Shown here: positions 21,825 to 33,060 of the stretch, in pieces
How the letters are laid out: the number at the start of each line of letters is the position of its first letter
Numbering within the stretch: position 1 is the first letter of the stretch
Assembly (NCBI RefSeq): GCF_963921235.1
Contig: NC_086108.1
Location: forward strand, 12,214,001-12,278,000
Length of the DNA: 64,000 bases
Source of the DNA: Mobula hypostoma
Lineage: Eukaryota
Reading direction: 5' to 3'
Notes under the pieces: model-generated
Told to the model about the DNA's origin: nothing
Database searches by the model: none
What the model saw: the letters and a program-made list of their open reading frames with translations, nothing else
Made by a program: the position numbers and the translations under genes

Positions 21825-23685
21825 TCGGTTCTTTAAGGTTATTATAACCAGGGGGTGTTAATGGGGACAAGCTTCCACTACCCATTAAATGCTTCCAATG
21901 TTGAGTGCCTCTAATAGCCACTGACAACCAAGACCAGCTCCAGACCTTCGTGAGTGGCTTAGATACCAAGCCTAGCAAAACCATTTCTACTGACAGAAAA
22001 AGGTGCAAAGGTAGGCTACTGGCACATTAAAACTGTCATGGTCCGGATCAGGGTCCCTTTAAATTTACTTTGTTTATGTTACAATCCGGAGCGTTGACTC
22101 CTTGTTTCCCTTTGGTTCCCTGTTTTCCCGTGTCCCTCGGCTTTGGTGATTGGAGGCAATTTATTCTCGACTGAACTGGTAGTTTATAGTCTCTGGCTTT
22201 CAGCCATTTGGTGCAAGAACGTCTGCAAAGTCACCAAAGTTATGGCGTGCCAATGTCATCTGGCCGGAGCAAGCCTAGTCTCCGCCCGAAGCAACTGCCG
22301 GTAATTCACCTTTCCTCACCGGAGCAACCTTGTCCAGTTACCTCACCAAAGCAAGCCTGCAAAGTTTCCTCACCAAGGTGGGTCCGTCAGTTAACCCGCC
22401 AGAGGAAATCAAGAACTGCTGTCTACTGTTCCTGGACCGAATCGAGAGCTCGCCACTACCTGGAGGCTCCAAGCCAAGTCCTGGCTCCAGGGGCTTTCAA
22501 GTACCAAGTCAAGTCCTGGCCCTGGCGGCATCCACGTATCAAGTCAAGTCCCGTCCCTGGCGGCATCCAAGTTCTGAGTCAAGTCCTGGCCCTGACGGTC
22601 TGTGATTCCTGTCCTACCCCCCTGTCTGAATCCCTTCTCTGCCCCTCTTGCCTCTAGCCCTCATCTGCAGCCCTCGCCTGCACCTCGGTCTAGTTCTATC
22701 GCCGGAGCTAGATAGGTACTGTCTGGTGTTCTTTCGTGTTGGTCTTGTCCTCGCCTCCGTGGGGTAAGTCTGGCCATCTTGCCGTTGCCCTGCGGGGGGT
22801 CATGTCTTGTCGTGTCTTGTCCTCGCCTCTGTGGGGTAAGACAGGCCGTCTTGCCGTTGCCCCGCGGGGGGTCATGAGTCCTGGCCCTATGTCCTGTACC
22901 CAAGGAGGGGTCCCAACTCTGTGTTCTGTGTATGTGTCCATGGTTCCATGTACCTGCTCTCCCGAGACCGAGGCTCTGCTTTTCCATGTTCCTCCTCTCC
23001 CTAGCCCATGTCATGTCTTTGCCTGGTTTTGGGGTCCGAGCCCGGGGAAGACCCAGGTACTGGGTCCTTGCCCAGTCTCTGGCTCAGAGTCCATACCCTA
23101 GCTTCTTCATGTCTCCTCTAGTTCTGGGAGCCGATTCCGAGTCCAAGCCCAGACCCTTGGTCCCAGCCTAGTCATCGTCCTGAATCCTTGTCCAGTCGCT
23201 ATTCCTGCTCCTGCCTTGCTCTCCTGGTATCAAACAATAAACTAAATTTAATTAACCTCACAAGATGTGTCTTGCATTTGAGTCCACCCTTGCTCCCAAT
23301 GCCCCACCACTGTGACAAAAACCAGTCACTTTGGGCAGATAGGGCTCAGCCACCGTGGTTGGGAGCTCATCTAGGAGAAGGAAAACTCTGATCTCAAACC
23401 TCCACTGCCCTGCAGCTGCACCCACTCATGGGGAAGGCTTTGGGACTATACCCCAGAGCTAGAGTCCCTAAGGCAGTCCGACATTGAGTTCAACGCTGAC
23501 TGGGATGCTGCTGGTGACAAACTGTAACAATCTCTGCCATTCTTTTGGGTTCATCAGATATGCGCAGACGGGGAGCTAGCTAGATGGGCAACAGCTTGTC
23601 CTCCATATTGTACTGCCATGGCTTGTGTATCTAGACAGCCAGGACACACCACACATGGTCGAACCTAACTGATGGAGGCCTTCAT
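21825..23685 (+). mobile_element. Non-coding interspersed repeat (RTE-related by inference), split by a solo LTR
   Basis: 21825-22033 joins 23318-23685. An uninterrupted partial homologue lies at ~51395-51695 (-). Confidence 0.6.
22034..23317 (+). mobile_element. Solo LTR (probably Ty3/Gypsy), 1284 bp
   Basis: Termini TGTCA...TGACA. 5-bp TSD AAAAC (22029-22033, 23318-23322). AATAAA ~80 bp before the end. Internal tandem duplications and no pol sequence. Confidence 0.88.
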
Positions 23686-24844
23686 AGATCCATCACTAGG
23701 AAGGGAACGTCGCAAAATCAGCAGGTATTAATATCCCAGAACAAGCACTCAATGCAGCCTAATTGAAAGGAACAATTATCCATGAGCTTTAGGTCGAATT
23801 GCAATGATGGGCTGAATGGCCTTTCTCACTTTCAGCACTGAGTAACAAGAGATGAGTTAATTAATTTAGTTAGTCACTGTTCATCTGCCAGTCTGCTAAT
23901 TATTCAACCTGCTTCTATTGGGAATCTGTCATTTCATATCTTCTCAAGAAGCTCTACAAAATAAGAGGGCTAATTATTTATAGATTCACATTTTCACTAA
24001 CAATATAGGTTAACTAATTAATTCAGGCAACTTAGCCTCTCTAATTCCTCAATATTTTGTCAAATCACCATCAGTAGTGTGCCTAGTCCTCAGAAACTCA
24101 TGAACCTTCCTTTCCCCTCTGTCCCTATAGTCTCCAGGCACTGTGCATACTCGCCAACCAGCGTCACCCATCCCGTGACCACGCCAAGCATGAGGAGGTA
24201 GAAGGGCCTTCATGTGTGACATGGGGTTCTTATCCCATCACATGGAGGTGTGGATTTGCTGAGAGAGTCCAGATTCCATACCACCCCCTTCCCCAGCGCC
24301 AATCCCCTCCTTCCCAACAAGCTGTCCTTCACTCCATGTCAACACAAGTGCCACTCTGTTTTCCATTATTATTCTGACTCCTTCCTTAAAACATTCTGAC
24401 AGCTTCTTGTTGAAACCATGCTTGGCCAGATGTTTAATTATTTCCATTAATTGAATGAATGTTTAGTAATTATTGTACAAAGAACTAATCAGTCCGGTGG
24501 TTCAAAGTTTGCCAAAGAGTTGTAGTGCAATGTGTTAACAGTTAAGAGATTAAATTTCCTAGAAATTATAAATGACACTATGATGCTAATGCAGTGTAGC
24601 TGGACATCTGATGACAATTCAGAATGGTTTTACGTCATGGCACCCTTGTTGGTGTGAGGTTCAGGTGGATTTACCTGCTCAGGTAAATCCAACTGCTCCT
24701 TCTACTGCTCGACTCTCATTTCAACAACATCAGGAAGAGGCCCAACCATGAGGAAACGGATGTGGCGGGGGGGGGGGGTTCACTAAAATCAAACGGGTGG
24801 TCTCACCTTCACATCTGTGTAGTAAAGTACAGATTGCAGATGTT

Positions 24845-25460
24845 GGAATCAGAATTGGATTTAATATCAGCAGAATAATGTTGTGGCATTTGTTGTCTTT
24901 GAGGCAGCAGTACAATGCAAAACATAATAATCGAGACAAAATTAAAATTGGAGTAAATATATATATATATAGTAGCAAAAAGTAGGAAATAGAAAAGTAG
25001 TAAGTAGCAGTGTCCATTAAGAAATATGATGGCAGAGGGGAAGAAACTGTTCCTGGATCACTGAGTGTGTGCCTTCAGGCTCCTATATCTCCTTCCTGAT
25101 GATAACAATGAGAAGAGGGCATGTCCTGGGTGACAGGGGATCCTCAATGATGGATGCTGCCTTTTCTGAGGCATTGATCCTTGAAGATGCGACAGATGCT
25201 ATTCTATGATGGAGCTGACTAACTTTCTGCAGCTTATTTTGATCCCCTGCAGCAGCAACCCCATCCCAGACTGTGATGCAGCCAGTTAGAATGCTTGCCG
25301 TCGGACATCCGAGGAGATTAGCGAGGGTCTTTGGTGATATAGCAAATCTCCACAAACTTAATGAAATATAGTCACTGTTATGCCTTCTTTATAGCTGCAT
25401 CAGTATGTTGGGCCCAGGATAGATCCTCAGAGGTATTGACAGCCAGGAATTTGAACTTGC
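24845..25460 (-). mobile_element. Rex1/Babar-type LINE 3' fragment
   Basis: ORF 25083..25355(-) SPKTLANL...SILTGCITVW. (aatcag)n tail. Confidence 0.75.
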
Positions 25461-25469
25461 TCACTGAAT

Positions 25470-25680
25470 TGCTCGAACACACAAAGGGCTGGAGGAACCC
25501 GGCGGGTCAGGCAGCATCTGTGGAGGGGAACGGATGGTCGATGCTTCCTCCTTACCTCCTCCCTTTTATTCCCTGCGTCACCTTCATCTGACCAGATTTC
25601 ATCACCTTCAGCCCTCTGTAAATTGTGCCTATCACCTCCCAGCTTCAGACACTTACTCCCACTCTCCACTCTCCAATCTG
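25470..25680. mobile_element. Penelope pLTR fragments
   Basis: acacacaaagggctggaggaacccggcgggtcaggcagcatctgtggagg (-), followed by a pyrimidine-rich + piece. Confidence 0.55.
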
Positions 25681-25689
25681 TCCATCAAA

Positions 25690-26070
25690 TGGTTCAGTTT
25701 AATATCAGAGAATATACAATATAAAACCTGAAATCCCCAATCTTCGCAGAGACAGCCACGAAACAAGAAACCCCAAAGAATGAATGATAGAAATATTAGA
25801 ACCCGAAAGACCCTCCTCCCCCTTCCCACACACAAACAGCAGTGGAGGCATCAACAGTCCCCCTCCACCTCCCCCCATTTGAACCGGCACAAGCACACCC
25901 CCACAATGCAAGCAACAGCAAAGGCCCCTCAAAGAAACCCTGATCTGGAGTCCATCAAACACTACAGTCCATAAGCCAGCACTTTGGTATCTCAGGCAGG
26001 CTCACTCTCAGCAGTGAGGGAGAGAGAGGTCGCTGTCCTGCAACAGTGAGAATGTGAGACCAGCAGCTCA
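25690..26070 (-). mobile_element. Unclassified interspersed repeat (third copy)
   Basis: tttaatatcagagaatatacaatataaaacctgaaat is the reverse complement of the 15060-15100 and 18570-18608 ends. Confidence 0.65.
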
Positions 26071-26149
26071 CTGAATCGATGAAAAACCAAACAACCCATG
26101 TGCAAATTAAAACAAAGTGTGCAAAACACAAGAAGCAATAATAATACGA

Positions 26150-29100
26150 GAAGGAGAAGGAAGGTAGATGGCACGGCTGTGATGGTAAAAAATGAAATTA
26201 AATCCCATTAGAAAGAGGTGACATAGGGTCAAAAGGTATTGAATAGTTGTGGATAGAGCTAAGGAAGTGCAAGGGTAAAAAGACCCTGACTGCAGATAGA
26301 TACAGACCCCCAAACAGTAATAAGGTCGCAGCCTGCAGATTACAATGGGAGATAGAAAATGCATGCCAAGATGTTACAATCATCATGGGGGATTTCAAAA
26401 TGCAGGTAGATTGGGAAAATCAGGTTAGTGCTGGATTCCTAGAGAGGGAATTTCTAGAATGCCTGTGAGATGTTTTTTTGTCATAGAGCAGCTCATGGTT
26501 GAGCCTACTAGGGGATCAACTATTCTAGATTGGGTGCAATGATCTGGAATTAATGAGAGAACTTCAGATGAAAGAAACCTTAGGGTAAAGTGATCATAAT
26601 ATAATCAAATTCACCCTGAAATTTGAGAAGGAGAAGCTAAAGTCAGATGTACCACAGAGGCAAAATTCAAAAGGGTGAAGAAAGCAGTACTGAAGACTCT
26701 GTCTTTACAAGTGCATAGCATTCAGAATATGGTGGACGAACTCATGGTACAGTCGGAGATTGGTTGATATGACGTTGTGGGCATCACTGAGTCGTGGCTG
26801 AAAGAAGGCCATAGTTGAGAGCTTAATATCAAAGGATATAGTTTGTATCAAAAGGACACACAGGAAGACATAGGCGGTCGTGTGGGTCTATATGTTCAAT
26901 CTTTGTGGGTGGAGTTAAGAAATTGCAAGGGTCAAAAACCATTGTGGAAATCATATACACATTGGCCTCCAAATAGTAGCCAAGATGTGGGGTTGAGATT
27001 GCAAAGGGACACTAAAAAGGCATGTAATAAGGGTAATGACACAAATATAATGGGGAACGTCAATATGCAAGGGAATTGGGAAAATCAGGTTGGTGACGGA
27101 TTGCAAGAGAGGGAGTTTATTGAATGCTTACAGATGGCTTTAAGATGTGCTATCTTAGATTGGGTGTTGTGTAACCCAGATCTTATTAGGGAGCTTAATG
27201 CAAAGGAACCGTCAGGAGACAGTGATCTTAATATGATTGAATTCATTCTGCAATTTGAGAGGGAGAAGCACAAGTCACATATATCAGTATCGCAAAAGAA
27301 TAAAGGGAATTACAGAGACATGAGAGAGGAGCTTGCCCAGGTGGATTGGAGGAGGATTGTGGTGGGGATCATAAAAGATGAAGAAGTTCTCAAATGGCAG
27401 GGGTAGGCAACCGTGGCTGACAAAGGAAGTTAAGGACTGCATAAAAGCCCAGGAAAAAGCATATAAGGCAGTAAAAGTGAGTGGAAAGTTGGGATGATTG
27501 GGAAGCTTTTAAAATCCAATAAAAGGCAACTAAAAAGCTAAGGGAAAAGATAAAATATGAGGGCAAACTAGCCAAAAATATAAGGCAGGATACTAAAAGT
27601 ATTTTCAATTAGATAAAGAATAAAAAGGAGGTGAGAATTAATATTGGACCAGTGGAAAATTATGTTGGTGAGGTAGTAATTCTTTCAAACATCACTTGAT
27701 TCAGGCATAGTCACAAGGACTGAATGATTGCAAATATCATTCCTCTCTTTAAGAAAGGAGGAAGTCAAAAGAAAGAAAATGTTAGTCCAATTAGCCTAAT
27801 CTCCATGGTTGGGAAAGTGTTGGAGTCTGTTATTAAGGATGAGGCTTCAGGATACTTGGAGACTAATGAAAAAATAAGTCAAATCAGCTTGGTTCCTGTA
27901 AACGAAAATCTTGCCTGACAAATCTGTTAGTGTCCTTCGAGGAAGTAAAAAGCAGGGTGGACAAAGGAGATGTCATTTACTTGGATTTTCGAAAGGCATT
28001 TGATAAGATCCAACACGCGAGGCTGCTTAACAAGTTAAAATCCTATGGTGTTACAGGAAAGATACTGGCAGGGGATAGCGGAATGGCTGACAGGCAGGAG
28101 GCAGTGAGTGGGAATAAAAGGGACCATTTCTGGTTGCCTGCCAGTGACTCGTGGTGTTCCTCAGGGTCAGTATTGGGACCACTGCTTTTCACATTGTTTG
28201 TCAATGATTTGGATAATAGAATTGATGGCTTTGTGGCAAAGTTTGCAGATGATACAAAGATAGGTGGAGGGGTAGGTAGTGCTGAGGAAGCAATGTGGCT
28301 GCAGCAGGACTTATTGAATTGAATTGACTTTATTACTTTATGTCCAATTTAGTAATTTGTAATAAATAATATGTACAGTAGGACAGTCATTATAACATAG
28401 AAATACAATTGTATCAGCATGAATTAATCAGTCTGATGGCCTGGTGGAAGAAGCTGTCCCAGAAACTTTTCGTCCTGGCTTTTATACTGTGGCACTGCTT
28501 CCCGGATGGTAGCAGCTGGAGCAGTTTGGGGTTGGGGTGACTTGGGCCCCCAATGATCCTTTGGGCCCTTTTCACCCACCTGTCTTTGTAAATCTCCTGA
28601 ATAGCTGGAAGTTCACATCTACAGATGCGCCGGGTTGTCTGCACCACTCTCTGCACTGTACTGCCATTGAGGGAAGTTCCCATACCAGGCAGTGATGCAG
28701 TCAGTCAGGATGCTCTCAATTGTGTCCCTGTAGAAAGTTCTTAAGATATGGGGATCCATACCAAACTTCTTCAACCGTCTGTGGTGAAAGAGGCGCTGTT
28801 GTGCCTTTTTCACCACACAGCTGGTGTGTACAGACCTCAGTGATGTGGATGCTGAGGAACTTAAAGTTGTTCACCCTCTCAACCCCAGATCCATTGATGT
28901 CAATAGGGGGTATCCTGTTTTTATTCCTCCTGTAGTCCACAACCAGCTCTTTTGATTTTGTGTCATTGAGGAACAGGTTGTTTTCTTGACACCACTGTAT
29001 CAGGGTGATGACTTCTCTGTAGACTCCCTCATTATTATTTGAGATTAGGCCAATCAATGTAGTATTGTCAGCAAACTTAATTAGCAGATTGGAGCTGTGG

Positions 29101-30790
29101 GTGGTGACACAGTCATGGGTATACAGAGAGTAAAAGAGGGGACTTAGTACACAGCCCTGAGGGGCACCTGTGTTGAGGGTCAGAGGGGCAGAGGTGAGGG
29201 AGTCCACTCTTACCACCTACCGGCGATCTGACAGGAAGTCCAGGATCCCCCTGCACAAGGCAGGGTGAAGGCCAAGATCTCTGAGCTTCTTGTCAAGTCT
29301 GGAGGGTGTTATGATGTTGAATGCTGAACAATGTTGAATGTCCAAGAGCAGCATTCTCACAACAGCATACTTCTTCTCCAGATGTGTAAGGACAGTGTGT
29401 AGAGATGTGGCTATTGTGTCATCTGACGATCGGTTGTGTCGGTAGGCAAACTGTAGGGGGTCCAGTGTGGGTGGTAGCAAGCTGCAGATGTAGTACTTGA
29501 CCAGCACCTCAAAGCATTTGCTCATTATTGAGGTGAGTGTGACAGGACACCAGTCGTTCAGACATGTTACCTTGGTCTTTTTAGGTACAGGGACAATGGT
29601 GGATGTTTTGAAGCAGGATAGCACTCTGCACTGGGAAAGAGAGAGATTAAAAATGTCTGTAAGCACACCTGCCAGTTGTGCCACACACATCCTGAGTACC
29701 CATCCTGGGAGCAGTCTGGTCCCACAACCTTGCAACTGTCCACTCATTGGAAACACAAAGTTTGGCCTCAGAGATGACCAAGGTACAAGTTGCTTCAGCG
29801 GCTTTCCTCAGGGGCTGTGTTGGCAATATTGAACCAAGCGTAATAAAGCTCATCTTGGAGAGAGGCAGCGATGTTGGAAACACTATGCATTTAACTTTGA
29901 ACTCTGCGACAGACCTAACCATAAACTGCGTGTATTGTTGGTGGACATATTGGAAGAATAGGCAAAAAAGTGTCAGTGTTTGGAAATGCATGATAATGTA
30001 TTTTGGTAAAAGAAATAACAGTGCAGATTATTATCTAAATGGGGAAAAATTCAAACATCAGCGGTACAGAGGGACTTAGGAATCCTCGTGCAAGACTCCC
30101 AGAAGATTAATTTACAGGTTGAGTCTGTGGTAAAGAAGGCAAATGCAATCTTGGCATTTATTTCAAGGGGAATATAAGATAAAAGCAAGGAGATAATTCT
30201 GAGTCTTTATAAAACTCTAATCAGGTGGCACTTGGTATTGCAACAGTTTTGGGCCCCATATCTCGGAAACAATATGTTGTCATTGGAGAACGTCCAGAGG
30301 AAGTTCACGAGGATGATTCCGGGAATGAAGGGGTTAACATATGAGGAGCATCTGGCAGCTTTGGGTCTGTACTCACTGGAAATTAGAAAAATGCGTGAGG
30401 ATCTCATTAAAACCTATTGAAAGTTGAAAGGACTAGATAAGGTGGATGTGGAGAGAATGTTTCCTATCGTGGGGGTATCCAGAACTAAGGGGCAGGGGCT
30501 CAAAATTGAGGGGCGAACTTTTTGAATGGAGTTAAGGAGGAAATGTATTAGCTAGAGAGTAGTGAATCTGTGGAATGCTCTGCCGCAGAATCCAGCAGAG
30601 GCCAAGTCCATGGGTATATTTAAGGCAGAAGTTGATCATTTCCTGATCAGTCAGGGCATCAATGAAAATGGCAAGAAGGCAGGTGTATGGATTTGAATGG
30701 GATCCAGGGATCAGCCTTGATGGAATGGCGGAGCAGTCTCAATGGACTGAATGGCCTAATTCTGCTCCTACATTTTATGGTCTTATGGAT
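26150..30790 (+). mobile_element. Mosaic of CR1 fragments (two endonuclease segments, RT, 3' end) split by a Rex1-type insertion
   Basis: Endonuclease-like ORFs 26247..26468 and 26843..27406. RT 27930..28322 (YLDFRKAFDK, KFADDTKIGG). Resumes at ~29945 through 30232..30420 and the 3'UTR (atggtcttatgg). Confidence 0.85.
28314..29945 (-). mobile_element. Rex1/Babar-type LINE, ~1.6-kb RT-containing copy
   Basis: ORFs 29217..29756 (CFKTSTIVPVPKK, LDPLQFAYR) and 28716..29216 (NTGAPQGCVLSP, KFADNTT). (TTCAA)n tail seen as ttgaattgaattga at 28314. Confidence 0.92.
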
Positions 30791-31616
30791 TTATGTGTCA
30801 GTATTACAGTGGAGTAAAGGGAATTACAGAGGCATGTTGAGGAGTTAGCTAGAAATGATTGGAAGAGAACACTGGCAGGGATGACAGAGGAGCAGCAATG
30901 GCTGGAATTTCTGGAAGGCATCCCAAAGCGGAAGAAGTATTCTCAAGGTAAAATGGCACAACCATGGCTAACAGGGGAAGTCAAAGCCAACATAAAAACC
31001 AAAAAGAGGAGATATAATAGACCAAATATTAGTTAGAAGTCAGAGGATTGGGAAGATTTTGAATATCAACAGAAGGCAACTAAAAAAATCATTAAGAAGG
31101 TAAAGGTGGAATGTGACATTAAGGTAGCCAATAATATTAAAGGGGATACCAAATGTTTCTTCAGATACATAAAGTGTAAAAAAGAGGCAAAAGTGGATAT
31201 AAGATTGCAAAAAAAATGCTGGAGTGGTAGCAACGAGGGACAAGAAAATGGTGGATGAACTGAGTAAGTATTTTGCATCAGTCTTCACTGTTAAAAACAC
31301 TAGCAGTATGGTGGAAGTTCCAGGTGTCAGGGGTCATGAAGTGTGTGAAGTTACCATTACTAAGGAGAAGATTCTAAGGAATCTTAAAGATCTGAACATA
31401 GATAAGTCACCTGAACCAGATGGTGTATGCTTCAGGGTTCTGAAAGAAGTGCTGAAGAGATTTTTGGAGGCATTAATAATGATCTTTCAAAAATCTCTAG
31501 ATTCTGGAATGGTTCTGAAAGACTAGAACATTGCAAATGTCACTCCACTCTTCAAGAAGGGACTTGAAGGCACATGATAAAATAGGCCGTGGTCTGTATG
31601 GTTTCCTCAAGGGAAA

Positions 31617-31853
31617 TGTGGTAAACCATATATATATATATATATGTTGTAACTGGGTTAACTGTCTGGACATGCCCCTCTGCTGACTGCCCCTGTGGCT
31701 CCTCCCACAGAGTCCTGTATAAAGGTGTTTGCCTTGCCCCTCCCTCTCAGTCCGGGGGCAGACACTCACCGTGGAGGTCGTATTGTACAGCAAATAAAAG
31801 CCTTTCAGTATTTTCCCAAACCTCAGTCTTTTGGAGTTATTGAAGGTGCTTCA
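31617..31853 (+). repeat. 5' LTR
   Basis: Direct repeat of 34309-34538. TATAAA at 31718-31723, AATAAA at 31793-31798. Confidence 0.95.
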
Positions 31854-31879
31854 ATTTTATTCGCTGTACATTTTAAAGC

Positions 31880-32620
31880 ATGGAACATGCACTGAAACCA
31901 GACAAATTAGACCTGGATCCTCAGACACCTGAAGCTGGAAACACTTTCGAACTCTGGCTGGCTTGCTTCGAAGCGTATCTAGAGGAGATTAAAGCGACTG
32001 ACCCCGTAGCGAAGTGCAGAGTTCTACTTTCCAGGGTCAGTCCACGGGTCTATTCGCTGATCAGGGACCAGCCGAGCTACGATGGCGCGATGAACACACT
32101 GAAAAGACAATACCTGCGGCCGATAAACAGCGTCTATGCTTGGCACCGCTTAGCGACACGGCAACAGCAGCCCGGGGAATCGAATGATGAGTTTGTCCGG
32201 GCCCTACAGACACTCGTGCGAGCCTGCAATTGCCAGGAGCTGACGGCGGTGCAGCATGCAGAGCTCCTAGTGAGAGACGCCTTCGTCAAGGGGACCAGGT
32301 CAGTGTACGTGCGCCAGCGGCTGCTGGAAAAAGCCGATCGTACCCTAAGTTCGGCAATCGAGCTGGCTGATACGTTGGAGGCTGCTCTGCACAACTCTGA
32401 GGCTCTCCAGGCACGCGATCCCCCGATGGCCTCGTGGGCGCCGCAGACCCCGCAATCCACCGGCGAATCGACCTCGGCTGCCGTCAGTCGTAAGTCCGCA
32501 AAGTGCTACTTCTGCAGACTGGAGAAGCACCCCTGGAAACGCTGTCCGGCCCGACAAGCTACCTGCTCCAGCTGCGGAAAGAAGGGCCACTTCGCCAAGG
32601 TCTGTAAGTCAAAACTGTGA
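31880..32620 (+). CDS. gag: Gag-like protein with two zinc knuckles (retrotransposon)
   Basis: 246-aa ATG-initiated ORF 26 nt after the LTR. CYFCRLEKHPWKRC and CSSCGKKGHFAKVC. Confidence 0.88.
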   Translation: MEHALKPDKLDLDPQTPEAGNTFELWLACFEAYLEEIKATDPVAKCRVLLSRVSPRVYSLIRDQPSYDGAMNTLKRQYLRPINSVYAWHRLATRQQQPGESNDEFVRALQTLVRACNCQELTAVQHAELLVRDAFVKGTRSVYVRQRLLEKADRTLSSAIELADTLEAALHNSEALQARDPPMASWAPQTPQSTGESTSAAVSRKSAKCYFCRLEKHPWKRCPARQATCSSCGKKGHFAKVCKSKL

Positions 32621-32734
32621 GCAGGATCGAGCAGCGCCACGTGCGAGACGTGGGGGTCGCCATCTTCTCTGCACGCCGCCACCATGTGCGAGACATGGGG
32701 GCGGCCATCTTGGTTGGCGCCACCTTCCACCACC

Positions 32735-33060
32735 TCCGACTTTGCGCTGCCTGCTACCCTCAACCAGGCGGGAAAACCAGTGGCGTTCTTCTCCCGTACC
32801 CTTCAAGGCCCTGAAATTCGGCACTCTGCGGTAGAAAAAGAGGTCCAGGCTATAGTGGAAGCTATTAGGCACTGGAGGCACTATCTTGCCGGCCAAAGGT
32901 TCACCCTGCTAACTGACCAGCAGTCAGTCGCATTCATGTTTAATAATCAGTAGCGGAGCAAAATCAAAAATGATAAAATTCTGAGGTGGAGAATTGAACT
33001 TTCCACCTACAACTATGACATCATGTACAGGCCTGGGAAGCTCAACGAGCCCTCCGATGC
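32735..33060 (+). pseudogene. Ty3/Gypsy RNase H domain, N-terminally clipped, one stop
   Basis: SDFALPATLNQAGKPVAFFSRTL...SAVEKEVQAIVEAIRHWRHYL...FTLLTDQQSV, TAG at 32951-32953, then KILRWRIELSTYNYDIMYRPG. Confidence 0.88.

Noticed and set aside
22208..23171. Several 77-149-aa ORFs
   Set aside because: They lie within the GC-rich, internally repetitive solo LTR and show no protein motifs.
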